64,000 nucleotides of DNA from the IMG/VR virus record IMGVR_UViG_2660238271_000001. One strand, written 5' to 3'. Source of the stretch: an uncultured virus (IMG/VR IMGVR_UViG_2660238271_000001) (lineage: Duplodnaviria > Heunggongvirae > Uroviricota > Caudoviricetes). Positions 34,632 through 46,658 of the stretch are shown here, in pieces. Made by a program: the position numbers and the translations under genes. Every line of letters starts with the position of its first letter. Within the stretch, counting starts at the first letter, position 1. Under the pieces are notes generated by a model. That model ran no database searches. It was given only the letters and a program-made list of their open reading frames with translations, and had not been told where the DNA came from.

Positions 34632-35328
34632 ATGCAGGATATACCACAGGAAACCCTGAGCGAGACCACCAAAGCGGAGCAGTCCGCGAAGGTGGATTTG
34701 TGGGAATTTGATTTAACCGCGATTGGCGGNNNNNNNNNNNNNNNNNNNNNNNNNNNNNNNNNNNNNNNNNGAGCCGTTAACCTGGCAGGGGAGGCAGTAC
34801 GAACCGTACCCGATACAGGTACAGGATTTTGAGATGAACGGGAAAGGCGCATCTCCCCGCCCGAACCTCGTTGTTGCCAATCTCTTTGGTCTGGTCACGG
34901 GGATGGCGGAGGATTTGCAAAGTCTCGTCGGCGCGTCAGTGGTAAGGCATCAGGTTTACAGCAAGTTTCTTGATGCGGTGAATTTCAGTAACGGCAATCC
35001 GGGCGCTGACCCGGAGCAGGAGGCGGTAGCGCGCTATAACGTGGAGCAGTTGTCAGAACTGGATTCATCAACTGCTACCATTATTCTGGCATCACCGGCA
35101 GAAACCGACGGTTCTGTGGTGCCGGGGCGTACCATGCTGGCGGACTCCTGTCCGTGGGATTACCGGGATGAAAACTGCGGATACGACGGCCCGCCCGTGG
35201 CCGATGAGTTCGATAAGCCCACCTCAGACCCGAAAAAGGATAAATGCAGCCACTGCATGAAAGGCTGTGAAATGCGTAACAATCTGGTGAATGCCGGATT
35301 TTTCGCTTCCATCAACAAACTGTCTTAA
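34632..35328 (+). CDS. Minor tail protein gpL (spans a gap)
   Basis: MQDIPQETL..VDLWEFDLT...WQGRQY.PYPI; C-terminal Cys cluster. Confidence 0.88.
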
Positions 35329-35337
35329 CAGGTTCCC

Positions 35338-36075
35338 ATGATTAACGATGACATTCTGGCACATGCCCGACAGTGTGCGCCTGCGGAATCGTGCGGTTAT
35401 GTGGTCAGAACGGCACAGGGAGAGCGGTATTTTCCGTGTGAAAATCTGTCTGCTGAACCCACGATGTATTTTCGTATATCCCCGGAGGATTACCTGAATG
35501 CCCGGAACCGCGGCGACATCGTGGCGCTGGTACACAGCCATCCTGACGGTAAGCCCTGTCTCAGCAGTGCGGATCGTACCCTCCAGATACAAAGCGGGCT
35601 GGACTGGTGGCTGGTCTGTGATAACAGGATACATAAATTCCGCTGCGTGCCACACCTGACCGGGCGGCAGTTTGAGCATGGCGTGACGGACTGCTACACG
35701 CTGTTTCGTGATGCCTACCATCTGGCCCGGATTGATATGCCGGATTTCGATAGGGAAGATGACTGGTGGAGTCAGGGTAAAAGCCTCTATCTGGATCACC
35801 TGGAGGCGGCGGGATTTTACCGGGTGAATCCGGAGGATGCGCAGCCCGGCGACGTGCTGATTTGCTGTTTTGGTTCACCGACGCCCAATCATGCGGCGAT
35901 TTACTGCGGCAACGGTGAACTGTTGCACCATATTCCGGAGCAGTTGAGTAAACGAGAGGGGTATAACGACAAATGGCAACGACGGACACACTCAATATGG
36001 CGGCACCGGCAATGGTGCGAATCTGCCTTTACGGGGATTTACAACGATTTGGAAAGCGCATCAGCCTCAGCATAA
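35338..36075 (+). CDS. Tail assembly protein gpK (JAB + NlpC/P60)
   Basis: ESCG, VHSHP, DCYTLFRDAY, NHAAIY. Confidence 0.92.
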   Translation: MINDDILAHARQCAPAESCGYVVRTAQGERYFPCENLSAEPTMYFRISPEDYLNARNRGDIVALVHSHPDGKPCLSSADRTLQIQSGLDWWLVCDNRIHKFRCVPHLTGRQFEHGVTDCYTLFRDAYHLARIDMPDFDREDDWWSQGKSLYLDHLEAAGFYRVNPEDAQPGDVLICCFGSPTPNHAAIYCGNGELLHHIPEQLSKREGYNDKWQRRTHSIWRHRQWCESAFTGIYNDLESASASA

Positions 36076-36677
36076 AGACAGCGGCGGAAGGCATACATGC
36101 GCTGGCGATACAACTCCCCGGATTCCGGCAGCGAATGAATGAGGGCTGGTATCAGGTCCGGATTGCCGGGAGCGATATGGCGCCGGATACCCTTACTGCC
36201 AGACTGAACGAATCGTTACCGCCGGGGGCAGTGGTTCATATTGTACCGCGTATGGCGGGAGCGAAAAACGGTATCTGGCAGGTGGTAGCCGGGGCAGCGC
36301 TGATTGGCGCGTCATTTATTCCCGGTCTGAATGCTGTAGCGGCGGCAGTATTGTTTTCCGCAGGAACCAGTATGGCGCTGGGTGGTGTGGCGCAGATGCT
36401 GACACCTGTACCCAAAACACCGACGGTGGGTCAGACAGATAACGGGAAACAGAACACGTACTTTTCTTCCCTGGAAAATATGGTGGCCCAGGGGAACCCG
36501 GTGCCGGTGTTGTACGGTGAAATGAAAATCGGGTCACGGGTGATATCGCAGATGATGAGTACCCGGGATGAGAGCACGTCGGGAAAAGTTGTGGTGATCG
36601 GCTCCCCGTTACAGGCAAACACCACGTCGCGGCAGGACGGCGGGATTACCAGACCGTCTGTCGTCATCCGGCAGTGA
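35973..36677 (+). CDS. Tail assembly protein gpI
   Basis: RICLYGDLQRFG; QGNPVPVLYGE. Confidence 0.9.
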   Translation: MATTDTLNMAAPAMVRICLYGDLQRFGKRISLSIKTAAEGIHALAIQLPGFRQRMNEGWYQVRIAGSDMAPDTLTARLNESLPPGAVVHIVPRMAGAKNGIWQVVAGAALIGASFIPGLNAVAAAVLFSAGTSMALGGVAQMLTPVPKTPTVGQTDNGKQNTYFSSLENMVAQGNPVPVLYGEMKIGSRVISQMMSTRDESTSGKVVVIGSPLQANTTSRQDGGITRPSVVIRQ

Positions 36678-36773
36678 TAATCATGACAACATGAGCTGAT
36701 ACACATGANNNNNNNNNNNNNNNNNNNNNNCCCCCGCCATTACGGCGGTTTTGTTATTTATGGAGCCAGGAGA

Positions 36774-39700
36774 ATGAGCAAAGGTGGAGGGAAGGGGCAT
36801 ACACCACGTGAGGCGAAGGACGATCTGAAGTCCACACAACAACTGAGCGTGATTGATGCCCTCAGTGAGGGACCGATAGTCGGCCCGGTGAACGGTCTGC
36901 AGAGCGTGCTGATTAATAACACGCCGGTGGTGGACGCGGACGGTAACAGTAATATTCACGGCGTGACCGTGGTATATCAGGTGGGGGAGACACCACAGGC
37001 ACCGCTGGAAGGTTTTGAGGCTTCCGGCGCGGAAACGGTGCTGGGTGTGGAAGTGAAACACGATAATCCCGTTACCCGTACTGTTGTCTCAGAGAATGTC
37101 GACCGGCTACGCTTCACCTTTGGTGTACAGATGCTGCAGGAGACCACGGACAAGGGGGACCGTAACCCGTCCTCCGTGAATCTGCTGATACAGTTTCAGC
37201 GTAGCGGGATCTGGAACACAGAATTTGATATCACTATTAACGGCAAGATCACAACACAATATCTGGCATCGGTAGTGGCTGATAATTTACCGCCGCGCCC
37301 GTTCAGTGTCCGCATGGTCAGGGTGACACCGGACAGCACCACCGACAGGCTTCAGAACAAAACGCTGTGGTCGTCGTATACGGAAATCATCGATATCCGG
37401 CAGGGTTATCCTGGCACAGCGGTTGCCGGTCTGCTGGTGGATGCGGAACAGTTCGGCAGCCAGCAGGTCACGCGTAACTACCACCTGCGCGGACGTATTT
37501 TTCAGGTCCCCTCAAACTATGACCCGGATACCCGCACATATACCGGCCTGTGGGACGGGGCGTTTAAACCGGCGTACACGAATAACCCGGCGTGGTGCAC
37601 GATGGATAAACTGACCCACCCCCGTTACGGGCTGGGCAGGCGTATCGGGGGGGCGGATGTGGATAAATGGGCGCTGTACGCCATCGCGCAGTACTGCGAT
37701 CAACCGGTGCCGGACGGATTTGGCGGCACGGAACCCCGCATGACGCTTAATGCGTATATTACCACCCAGCGTAAGGCGTATGACGTTCTGGCGGATTTCT
37801 GCTCGGTGATGCGTTGTATGCCGGTATGGAATGGCCGCAAAATGACCTTCATCCAGGACCGCCCCTCCGATAAAGCATGGACCTACACCAACGGTAACGT
37901 GGTGGGCGGGCGCTTTAAATACAGCTTCAGTGCCCTGAAAGACCGCCATAACGCGATAGAAGTGAGATACACCGATCCGCTGAATGGCTGGCAAACCTCC
38001 ACGGAGCTGGTGGAAGACCATGCCTCACAGGCCCGTTATGGACGCAATCTGCTGAAAATGGACGCGTTCGGCTGTACCTCACGTGGACAGGCGCACCGGA
38101 CGGGGTTGTGGGTGATGATGACGGAGCTGCTGGAAACGCAGACCGTGGATTTTTCTGTCGGTGCGGAAGGTCTGCGTCATACACCGGGCGATATTATTGA
38201 GGTCTGCGACAACGATTACGCCGGGGCGTCGGTCGGTGGGCGTATCACTGACCTGGATATTTCCACCCGCACGCTGACGCTTGACCGGGAAATAACACTA
38301 CCGGAAAGCGGCGCCACCACGCTGAATATTGTCGGGCCTGACGGTAAGCCGTTCAGTACGGAGATTCAGTCGCAGCCCGCACCGGATCGGGTGGTAACGA
38401 AAGTCCTGCCGGAAACCGTGCAGCCGTACAGTATCTGGGGGCTGAAACTGCCCTCCCTGAAGCGCCGCCTTTTCCGTTGCGTGCGTATTAAGGAGAATGA
38501 CGACGGCACATACGCCATCACTGCCTTGCAGCACGTTCCGGAAAAAGAGTCCATTGTGGACAACGGGGCGCACTTTGACCCGTTACCGGGGACCACCAAC
38601 AGCATTATTCCGCCCGCTGTACAACATCTGACCGTCAGCACGGATAACGACAGCACCCTGTATCAGGCCAAAGCGAAATGGGATACGCCGCGGGTGGTAA
38701 AAGGTGTGCGTTTTGTCGTGAGACTGACTATCAGAAACGGGAAAGATGACGACCCCGCGCGTCTGGTGACAACCGCCACAACCAGTGAGACAGAGTACGC
38801 TTTCCACGAATTACCGCTGGGTGACTACACGCTGACAGTCAGGGCAATAAACGGATTCGGGCAGCAGGGGGAGCCGTCATCGGTCACGTTCAGCATTCAG
38901 GCTCCGGCGGCACCGTCCACCATTGAACTGACGCCGGGCTATTTTCAGATAACGGTGACGCCGTACCAGGCCATTTATGATGCCAGTGTGCAGTATGAAT
39001 TCTGGTACTCCGCAACACAGCTGACGACCGCAGCAGACATTCAGTCAAAAGCGCAGTATCTGGGCATCGGGTCATTCTGGATAAAGGATGGACTGAAACC
39101 ACTGCATGATGCCTGGTTTTACGTGCGTAGTGTAAATCTGGCTGGAAAATCAGTGTTTGCGGAAGTGTCCGGGCGTCCGAGTGATGACGCGAAAGGGTAT
39201 CTGGACTTTTTTAAAGGACTGATTACGGAGGCGTATCTTGGTACAGAGTTGCTGAAAAAAATTGACCTGACGGAGGATAACGCCAGCAAACTGCAACAGT
39301 TTTCGAAGGAGTGGAAGGACGCTAACGATAAATGGAACGCCATGTGGGGCGTCAAAATAGAGCAGACCAAAGACGGCAAATATTATGTGGCCGGAATTGG
39401 ACTGAGTATGGAAGACACGCCTGACGGGAAGATAAGCCAGTTCCTGGTGGCGGCGGATCGCATTGCTTATATTAACCCGGCAAACGGAAACCAGACGCCA
39501 GGATTCGTCATGCAGGGCGACCAGATAATCATGAACGAGGCGTTCCTGAAATACCTGAGCGCGCCGACTATCACCAGTGGCGGTAATCCTCCGGCATTTT
39601 CCCTGACGCCGGACGGAAAGCTGACTGCGAAAAATGCGGATATCAGCGGCCATATTAACGCTGTGTCTGGCTCGTTTACCGGAGAAATCAATGCCACCTC

Positions 39701-40124
39701 CGGTAAGTTTTCTGGCGTGATAGAAGCAAAAGAGTTTGTCGGTGATATCTGCGGCTCAAAAGTCATGCAGGGCGTGAGCATCAGGGCGACGAACGACGAA
39801 CGCAGCACCTCAACACGGTATACCGACAGCGCCACCTATCAGATAGGGAAAACCATCACGGTGATGGCTAACTGTGAGCGTAACGGTGGCTCCGGTGCCA
39901 TCACCGTCACGATAAATATTAACGGCCAGGTGAAAACGGCGGAGGTTATCCCGTATACCGCAGGGCTTCCGGCCATGTATCAGACAGTTGTCTTTTCGGT
40001 CTACACCACTTCACCTGTCGTGGATATCAGCGTTTCTCTGAGGGTCGGCGGGCAGTACACCACTGAAGCTTCCGTCTGGCCGCTGGTGATGGTTTCCCGG
40101 TCGGGGAGCAACTTCACAAACTGA
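36774..40124 (+). CDS. Host-specificity central tail fibre gpJ
   Basis: [36 protein letters not shown]. Confidence 0.95.
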   Translation: MSKGGGKGHTPREAKDDLKSTQQLSVIDALSEGPIVGPVNGLQSVLINNTPVVDADGNSNIHGVTVVYQVGETPQAPLEGFEASGAETVLGVEVKHDNPVTRTVVSENVDRLRFTFGVQMLQETTDKGDRNPSSVNLLIQFQRSGIWNTEFDITINGKITTQYLASVVADNLPPRPFSVRMVRVTPDSTTDRLQNKTLWSSYTEIIDIRQGYPGTAVAGLLVDAEQFGSQQVTRNYHLRGRIFQVPSNYDPDTRTYTGLWDGAFKPAYTNNPAWCTMDKLTHPRYGLGRRIGGADVDKWALYAIAQYCDQPVPDGFGGTEPRMTLNAYITTQRKAYDVLADFCSVMRCMPVWNGRKMTFIQDRPSDKAWTYTNGNVVGGRFKYSFSALKDRHNAIEVRYTDPLNGWQTSTELVEDHASQARYGRNLLKMDAFGCTSRGQAHRTGLWVMMTELLETQTVDFSVGAEGLRHTPGDIIEVCDNDYAGASVGGRITDLDISTRTLTLDREITLPESGATTLNIVGPDGKPFSTEIQSQPAPDRVVTKVLPETVQPYSIWGLKLPSLKRRLFRCVRIKENDDGTYAITALQHVPEKESIVDNGAHFDPLPGTTNSIIPPAVQHLTVSTDNDSTLYQAKAKWDTPRVVKGVRFVVRLTIRNGKDDDPARLVTTATTSETEYAFHELPLGDYTLTVRAINGFGQQGEPSSVTFSIQAPAAPSTIELTPGYFQITVTPYQAIYDASVQYEFWYSATQLTTAADIQSKAQYLGIGSFWIKDGLKPLHDAWFYVRSVNLAGKSVFAEVSGRPSDDAKGYLDFFKGLITEAYLGTELLKKIDLTEDNASKLQQFSKEWKDANDKWNAMWGVKIEQTKDGKYYVAGIGLSMEDTPDGKISQFLVAADRIAYINPANGNQTPGFVMQGDQIIMNEAFLKYLSAPTITSGGNPPAFSLTPDGKLTAKNADISGHINAVSGSFTGEINATSGKFSGVIEAKEFVGDICGSKVMQGVSIRATNDERSTSTRYTDSATYQIGKTITVMANCERNGGSGAITVTININGQVKTAEVIPYTAGLPAMYQTVVFSVYTTSPVVDISVSLRVGGQYTTEASVWPLVMVSRSGSNFTN

Positions 40125-40162
40125 CCGGATTTCCGGTCCCTTTCGTTTAATGAGGAACAAAT

Positions 40163-40405
40163 ATGACTATGTCGCGCGTAATTTCTCTGGCGGCAGGGCT
40201 TTCCCTGTCCGTTTTATTTTCCACTGCTGCCGTTGCCGATAACGGAAGAGGAAGCGGCAACAGCAATATTGAAAACCAGACCCGGATTTATACCGGCACC
40301 GACCGTGGGCAGAAACAGCACCGCGAGGCAAAGGGAAAAACAATCACGCGGAGCGTCCAGTGTTCTCTGCCGGCATATTTACGTGACCCGGATAATCAGT
40401 GCTGA
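40163..40405 (+). CDS. Small secreted phage protein
   Basis: GAGG RBS, signal peptide, followed by a terminator (40423-40448). Confidence 0.65.
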   Translation: MTMSRVISLAAGLSLSVLFSTAAVADNGRGSGNSNIENQTRIYTGTDRGQKQHREAKGKTITRSVQCSLPAYLRDPDNQC

Positions 40406-40616
40406 GATGTGAATGAATCTGAAGCCTGCCTGCGGGCGGGCTTTTTTATGGAGGCAATATGCCAGTACTTATTTCCGGCGTACTGAAAGATGGTACGGGA
40501 ACGCCGGTACAGAACTGCACCATTCAGCTGAAGGCCTGCCGGACCAGTACGACGGTGGTCGTGAATACGGTGGCATCAGAAAATCCGGATGACGCCGGGC
40601 GCTACAGCATGGATGT
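40221..40616 (+). repeat. ~396-bp direct repeat, copy 1 (copy 2 at 42879-43274); includes the tail-fibre start
   Basis: Same sequence at an offset of 2658; both copies abut N gaps. Confidence 0.9.
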
Positions 40617-40630
40617 NNNNNNNNNNNNNN

Positions 40631-41168
40631 TATTCAGTACTGACGCAATTTGTTTGTTAGAAAGCCCCTGCGCCAGCTCATGCAAGACATCTAACTCTCG
40701 TTCGGTCAGGATACTAAAGGGATCTTCCTGCGCGCCAAACCGTTCGCGCTCACGCAGATATTCATTGACCCGATCGCTAAAGACTTTACCGCCGTTAGCG
40801 CCTTTGCGAATGGCCTCCAGCAGCACTTCCGGATCGCTATCTTTGAGCAGATAACCGTCGGCGCCGGCGTCGATCAGCGCGTAGATGTCGCTGGCGGAAT
40901 CCGAGACGGTAAGAATAATAATTTGCGCCGTCACACCATCCCGGCGTAGCGCGTTCAGGGTATCTAACCCGCTCAGACCTTTCATATTCAGATCCAGCAG
41001 GATCAGATCGGGCTCAATGCGATTCGCCAGATCGATCGCACTCGCCCCGTCACCCGCTTCGGCAACGACATGAAAAGCCGGGTCCAGTTCCAGTAATTGA
41101 CGAATACCTCGCCGCATAAGTGGATGGTCGTCCACAATAAGCACCTGAAAAGGTGTTACTTCAGGCAT
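40631..41168 (-). CDS. narP: Nitrate/nitrite response regulator NarP (3' end cut by gap)
   Basis: MPEVTPFQVLIVDDHPLMRRG...LTERELDVL..LAQGLSNKQIA. Confidence 0.92.
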
Positions 41169-41897
41169 GCTATATCTCCTGAGTTTTATTAGAATGATTA
41201 TTGTTTTCAGCGCGGAAATCGTCCAGATTTGCCACATTGTCAAGCGCGTAAATTTTACCCTAATTAGTGCATGGGTAAGTAGTAAAACCTGTGACAGGCG
41301 AGTAATTAGCTGAACGATAGAAAGGATAAAACAACCCGTTGTGAGAGAAAACAGAATACTCCCTGAAGTTGAATACTGGTCTGGACGCTTTTTTCGGACA
41401 ATGTGACATAACAGAAGTGTGGCATATGTTGCTGCGCCCTTGCCCCCGTAAGTCCAGACTATCTTTACTGGCAGGAAATTCCTTATTAAGAGTCATAGCG
41501 TCTAAAGCTTGTCATTATTAACAAATTATTTTAACTGAATTTATTTATGGTTTTATTAATGTCAATGAAATACATCTGAGCAGAACGAATAAACCGCGAC
41601 ATCTGTTAAATTAAATATTAAGTCAATAGCAGAGGTATTTTTATGCGATAAAGAGATTCTGACGATATTCTTATCATAAATGAAAATGTGGTCAGAAATG
41701 AGTGTCATTCACTTATAACTTATCCTGGATGTGCCTGAACAACACTCGCGGCGTTTTGAGCACCCGTTGGGGCGACTCAAGGGGAGAACGTAGTGTGGAT
41801 GCTATATCAGCCGTTTCTGTGAGCGTAAGCGTGGCGTAGAAAATTTTAAATATGTTAGCCGGTTAAAAATAACTATTGACATTGAAATGGTGGTGGA

Positions 41898-42461
41898 GTG
41901 TATATGAAGAGAATATTTATATATCTATTATTACCTTGTGCATTCGCATGTTCTGCTAATGATAATGTTTTTTTTGGCAAGGGCAACAAGCATCAGATCT
42001 CTTTTGCTGCGGGAGAAAGTATAAGAAGAGGAGGGGTTGAGCACTTATATACGGCTTTTCTGACATACAGTGAACCCAGCGATTTTTTCTTTTTACAGGC
42101 AAGAAATAATCTGGAGTTAGGAGGATTTAAGGCTAAGGGTGGCGATGATTGCAGTAAACATTCTGGCAGCGTTCCCTGCAATAAATATAACCAGGGCGTA
42201 TTGGGTATCTCGAAGGATGTGGCGCTGGTTCATTTCGCTGGTATCTATACCGGTATTGGTCTGGGGGCTTATATAAAATCTAAGTCGCGAGATGATATGC
42301 GTGTCAATTCTGCATTTACCTTTGGAGAAAAAGCGTTTCTTGGCTGGAACTTTGGGGCTTTTTCTACAGAAGCTTATATCCGGCATTTCTCAAATGGATC
42401 ACTTACGGATAAAAATTCAGGGCATAATTTTGTAGGTGCTTCAATTAGTTATAATTTCTGA
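41898..42461 (+). CDS. pagL: Lipid A 3-O-deacylase PagL
   Basis: Signal peptide; RHFSNG catalytic motif; C-terminal Phe; adjacent to narP. Confidence 0.9.
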   Translation: MYMKRIFIYLLLPCAFACSANDNVFFGKGNKHQISFAAGESIRRGGVEHLYTAFLTYSEPSDFFFLQARNNLELGGFKAKGGDDCSKHSGSVPCNKYNQGVLGISKDVALVHFAGIYTGIGLGAYIKSKSRDDMRVNSAFTFGEKAFLGWNFGAFSTEAYIRHFSNGSLTDKNSGHNFVGASISYNF

Positions 42462-42652
42462 AGTTGAATAACAATTAGCGAGTTGCTGGCTGAAGGAGTA
42501 ATTAATCACCGTACGTTGTCTACAAAACGTGTTGTGAATAGCCGATCGTTATCGACCCTATGGCGACAGGGAGGCTAGTTGTTAGTGACAAAGAAGTGGT
42601 AGGCCGTTTACCTTACCAGAACGTTTTATTATTGCTGCGACAGATTGCTTAC

Positions 42653-42856
42653 TCATTTCCCTGCCACTGCAAACATTTCTTCCAGCATAGGGTGTAGATG
42701 CGCTTTTTCTGTTTTAGTACAAACATGGTTTACGTTAGTTGCCTGCATTGACTTTACTGTGACCACTGCACAGGAAAGATGTCCAATCAGTTCATGCAAA
42801 ATCAGTTCATGCAAAATAACGTCTCTGGCATCAGCTAACTTTTTAATTGTAGGCAT
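42653..42856 (-). CDS. DinI/MsgA-like protein (5' end may be in gap)
   Basis: VTVKSMQATNVN..TKTEK..LEEMF pattern; next to pagL. Confidence 0.5.
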   Translation of the reverse strand: MPTIKKLADARDVILHELILHELIGHLSCAVVTVKSMQATNVNHVCTKTEKAHLHPMLEEMFAVAGK

Positions 42857-43116
42857 NNNNNNNNNNNNNNNNNNNNNNCCACTGCTGCCGTTGCCGATAA
42901 CGGAAGAGGAAGCGGCAACAGCAATATTGAAAACCAGACCCGGATTTATACCGGCACCGACCGTGGGCAGAAACAGCACCGCGAGGCAAAGGGAAAAACA
43001 ATCACGCGGAGCGTCCAGTGTTCTCTGCCGGCATATTTACGTGACCCGGATAATCAGTGCTGAGATGTGAATGAATCTGAAGCCTGCCTGCGGGCGGGCT
43101 TTTTTATGGAGGCAAT

Positions 43117-44719
43117 ATGCCAGTACTTATTTCCGGCGTACTGAAAGATGGTACGGGAACGCCGGTACAGAACTGCACCATTCAGCTGAAGGCCTGCCGG
43201 ACCAGTACGACGGTGGTCGTGAATACGGTGGCATCAGAAAATCCGGATGACGCCGGGCGCTACAGCATGGATGTGGAGCAGGGGCAGTACACTGTCACGC
43301 TCCTGGTGGACGGGTATCCCCCGTCACATGCCGGAGTTATTACGGTTTACGATGATTCAAAGCCGGGCACCCTGAATGATTTTCTGGGGGCCATGACGGA
43401 AGACGACGTCCGCCCGGAGGCGCTGCGGCGTTTTGAGGCGATGGTGGAAGAAGTTGCCCGCCAGGCATCGGAGGCATCGCGGAATGCCACCGCCGCAGGG
43501 CAGGCATCTGAACAGGCGCAGACATCAGCAGGTCAGGCATCGGAAAGCGCCACGGCAGCAGTGAATGCAGCCGGAGCGGCAGAAGCATCAGCCACACAGG
43601 CAGCCTCATCCGCAGCATCTGCGGAGAGCAGCGCAGGTACGGCGACCACAAAAGCCGGGGAGGCATCAGCCAGCGCGGCGTCGGCTGACACAGCCAGAAC
43701 GGCGGNNNNCGGCAGCCGCAGCGAAAACATCTGAGACAAATGCAGCAACGTCAGCAAGTACAGCAGCGGCCAGCGCAACAGCCGCCTCGTCATCAGCATC
43801 GTAGGCATCCACCCACGCCGCCGCATCTGATACCAGCGCATCACTGGCAGCGCAAAGCAGAGCTGCAGCCGGAGAATCGGCAACCAGAGCCGAAGAGGCC
43901 GCGAAACGGGCCGAGGATATCGCAGACGTGATTTCCCTGGAAGATGCAAGCCTGACGAAAAAAGGTATCGTTAAATTAAGCAGTGCCACGGACAGTGACA
44001 GCGAAGCGCTGGCGGCCACACCAAAGGCGGTAAAAACCGTTATGGGTGAGGTACGGACCAAAGCGCCGCTGGACAGCCCGGCATTCACTGGAACGCCGAC
44101 CACACCGACGCCGCCAGGCGATGCTAAAGGGCTTCAGACAACAAACGCGGAGTTTGTCCGCAAACTGATTGCCGCGCTGGTTGGTTCCGTACTGGAGCCA
44201 CTGGACACCCTGCAGGAACTGGCTGACGCGTTGGGAAATGATCCGAACTTTGCCACCACGGTACTGAATAAACTGGCGGGCAAGCAGCCGCTGGACGAAA
44301 CCCTGACGGCGCTGTCAGGAAAAAGTGTTGACGGTCTTATCGAATACGTTGGTTTGCGAGAAACCATAAGTCGTGCCGCCGATGCATTACAAAAATCACA
44401 GAATGGCGGCGATATTCCGGACAAGGATTTGTTTGTGCGTCGTATCGGTGCCGCGCGAGCGTTTGATGGCGCAGTTATTATCGGCTGTGATGATAATCCG
44501 TGGACGACGGCGGAGTTTATCGTCTGGCTGGAGTCTCAGGGCGCATTCAATCACCCTTACTGGATGTGTCGTGGCTCCTGGTCTTACGCTTATAACAAAA
44601 TCATCACGGATACTGGCTGCGGTAATATCTGTCTCGCTGGCGCAGTGATTGAGGTAATGGGAGTGCGTGGCGCGATGACTATTCGGGTGACAACGTCCCA
44701 TTCAGTATCTGGTTGGTGA
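43117..44719 (+). pseudogene. Side tail fibre with an in-frame TAG at 43802
   Basis: MPVLISGVLKDG N-terminus, Ala/Ser repeats, KGIVKLSSAT, LDTLQELADALGNDPNFATT; frames on both sides of the stop match. Confidence 0.82.
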
Positions 44720-44759
44720 TACGTGGGTGACAGCCCCAAGTGTATAAGAAGGAATAATT

Positions 44760-45152
44760 ATGACAGCGGAAAAAAAATAAAAAGAACAAACAGTTTTTAA
44801 ATATTAAAAATTTCATTCCGTATGCACCGGAACCAGATGACACATTATTCGCCGATGCGGCGTATCTTAAATCAGAGGATGGTCAGGACTGGTATGGGTG
44901 CCAGCAATTATTTTCAGCAGACACGCTGAAAATTACCTACGACGATAACGATGTTATTACGTGTATTACGCGTGATGTTTCCGGGCTGTGGCCTGCTGGC
45001 CAGAGCGTTGCAGAGTTGCCTGATACGGATGAAAACCGTCGCGCTGATATTCATGCTGCTGGCAGTTTAAAGACGGTAAAGTCGTTCAAAGGGTTTATTC
45101 GCCGGAAGAGCTGCGCAGGCAGGCAGAATCGAAAATTGAACGCCCGGGCGTT
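44760..45152 (+). pseudogene. Tail fibre assembly protein (Tfa), frameshifted and cut at contig break
   Basis: ATG then an A8 run gives an early stop; YLKSEDGQDWY motif lies in a shifted frame. Confidence 0.7.
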
Positions 45153-45265
45153 NAAGCAAAAGGGAAGCCGAGACGTTTTCGGGCGTTTTCATTTTTAACC
45201 TTAATATAATATGAGTATTCTGTTTTATTGTCGCTCATTATCATTACCCTTATTACAAATCAGAT

Positions 45266-45583
45266 TTAATGAAGACTTTCTTTTTTCATTGAGCAGAATG
45301 CGTCCGTGACGAGCTCTTTACACTCCATCAGTTTCAACAATGAAATAAGATTTTCGGGAGGAGCTTCGTTCATTTTTAACAGCATTATTGCGGCTATTAT
45401 TGACCTGTCATATGCGCCTGTTTCACTGTCTGTATATGCAACAAGAGTTCTGGAAACACTTTCCTCGTCACAGTCCCGGGCATAAGAAACAACACAGGGC
45501 ATATTGTTTTCGATACATAACGTACGAATTTTTCCTGAAAGCTGGCGGAGTTCTGCAATTACTGATTCAGGTACATTTTTCAT
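45266..45583 (-). CDS. Hypothetical phage protein (copy 2)
   Basis: Identical to 5414-5731. Confidence 0.7.
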   Translation of the reverse strand: MKNVPESVIAELRQLSGKIRTLCIENNMPCVVSYARDCDEESVSRTLVAYTDSETGAYDRSIIAAIMLLKMNEAPPENLISLLKLMECKELVTDAFCSMKKESLH

Positions 45584-45667
45584 ATAGATTCCTTTTTTCA
45601 GGTTGAGTGAATCCCTGCCATTGCTGGCATCTTTAAAAACAGGATGGTTTAAACTAAGAGTGGTCTG

Positions 45668-45889
45668 TTACCATGATTCAGCTTTGGCAGGCAGACCATT
45701 TCTGTTCAGCCAGACTTTTACCATGCAATCGGTAATACATCTTTGCGTTGTTAAATCACGGATATATAAACGGCGTTTTTTAATGTTATTCGCTGAGGCG
45801 ATATAAGTACGACCATCATGGATAACATAATCTCCCGGCGTAATACACTGACGCGGTATTTCATCCGTTCCGAAGTGATGAGCAATCAT
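45668..45889 (-). CDS. kilR: KilR-family protein (copy 2)
   Basis: Identical to 5816-6037. Confidence 0.9.
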   Translation of the reverse strand: MIAHHFGTDEIPRQCITPGDYVIHDGRTYIASANNIKKRRLYIRDLTTQRCITDCMVKVWLNRNGLPAKAESW

Positions 45890-46053
45890 AGCCCCTCCAT
45901 TTCTGGTAAATAAATTTTGTGGTGCGGTGCCTGGTGCCTCCAGGTGACATTAACCAGTTAACAATTAATGCCGACTTAAACCACCCATACTGATTCAGGA
46001 GTTTTAACTGTGCCGCGTGCGCTTAGCCGCATTCACCGCATCACAAAATTCAC

Positions 46054-46107
46054 TTTAAAAAGGGCGGACATCAGCCAGCAATTAAACTGATGCCGCCAAA
46101 GACTACA
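46054..46107 (-). ncRNA. DicF-like small RNA, second allele
   Basis: CTTTGGCGGCATCAG...CTGATGTCCGCCCTTTTTAAAG. Confidence 0.55.
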
Positions 46108-46304
46108 AACAACAATGATTGTCGCAGTGGCAACTACAACCGGAAGCGCACTGTCACAGTGGATTTAAGACAACGGCATTAATTGCATTTCTGCGCAATG
46201 CGCTTTCGTGTTGTGTGCTCCGTATCGTGGAGCTGACGCCCGTCTTTATCCACATCGGGGCGGTGGTATACTGGAGTTCTCGCACAACCAGTAAGGACAT
46301 AAAA

Positions 46305-46619
46305 ATGACACCCCGTCCAATTAGTGTTTTTTGGTTCAAAAATCTCGATCAGTACGAATCATGCAAAGAAATTTTGACCGATTCGTGGGTGCTACCTGAC
46401 GATTATCGGGACTGGCTTATCCGCTTCAATCAGATGATTGATCGTTATGAACGCAGTGGTATCGAGGTGATCAAAGTAGAGATAGAGCCCAACGAGTTCT
46501 CCATCTGGTGCCTCGCCAACGGATGTGAGATAAGCACCAAGAGCTGCAACGACTTCGCTGTTTTCCATGGCAGTAGCAAGGCGCTCCGCGATAGAGATAC
46601 TGATTGGGGATATGAGTAA
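46305..46619 (+). CDS. 104-aa protein in the sieB position
   Basis: Shared promoter/leader with 6391-6450, AAGGA RBS, ATG. Confidence 0.65.
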   Translation: MTPRPISVFWFKNLDQYESCKEILTDSWVLPDDYRDWLIRFNQMIDRYERSGIEVIKVEIEPNEFSIWCLANGCEISTKSCNDFAVFHGSSKALRDRDTDWGYE

Positions 46620-46658
46620 ACAAACTCGTCCTTCAATTCTGAATATTTCTATTTTCAT
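46392..46658 (-). CDS. Hypothetical protein, antisense to 46305-46619
   Basis: ATG overlaps the stop of the upstream ydfB-like gene. Confidence 0.45.
   Translation of the reverse strand: MKIEIFRIEGRVCLLISPISISIAERLATAMENSEVVAALGAYLTSVGEAPDGELVGLYLYFDHLDTTAFITINHLIEADKPVPIIVR

Larger units (their letters stand above)
45154..46037 (+). repeat. ~880-bp repeat of 5302-6185 (exo start, hypothetical, kilR)
   Basis: Identical translations at an offset of 39852. Confidence 0.92.

Noticed and set aside
40459..40854. Tail fibre fused to novel sequence
   Set aside because: Read-through of an N gap into the antisense strand of narP
42645..43070. ORFs spanning the gap at 42857-42878
   Set aside because: Chimeras of two contigs
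43490..43920. GCA-rich tandem repeats
   Set aside because: Explained by the Ala/Ser-rich tail-fibre protein repeats
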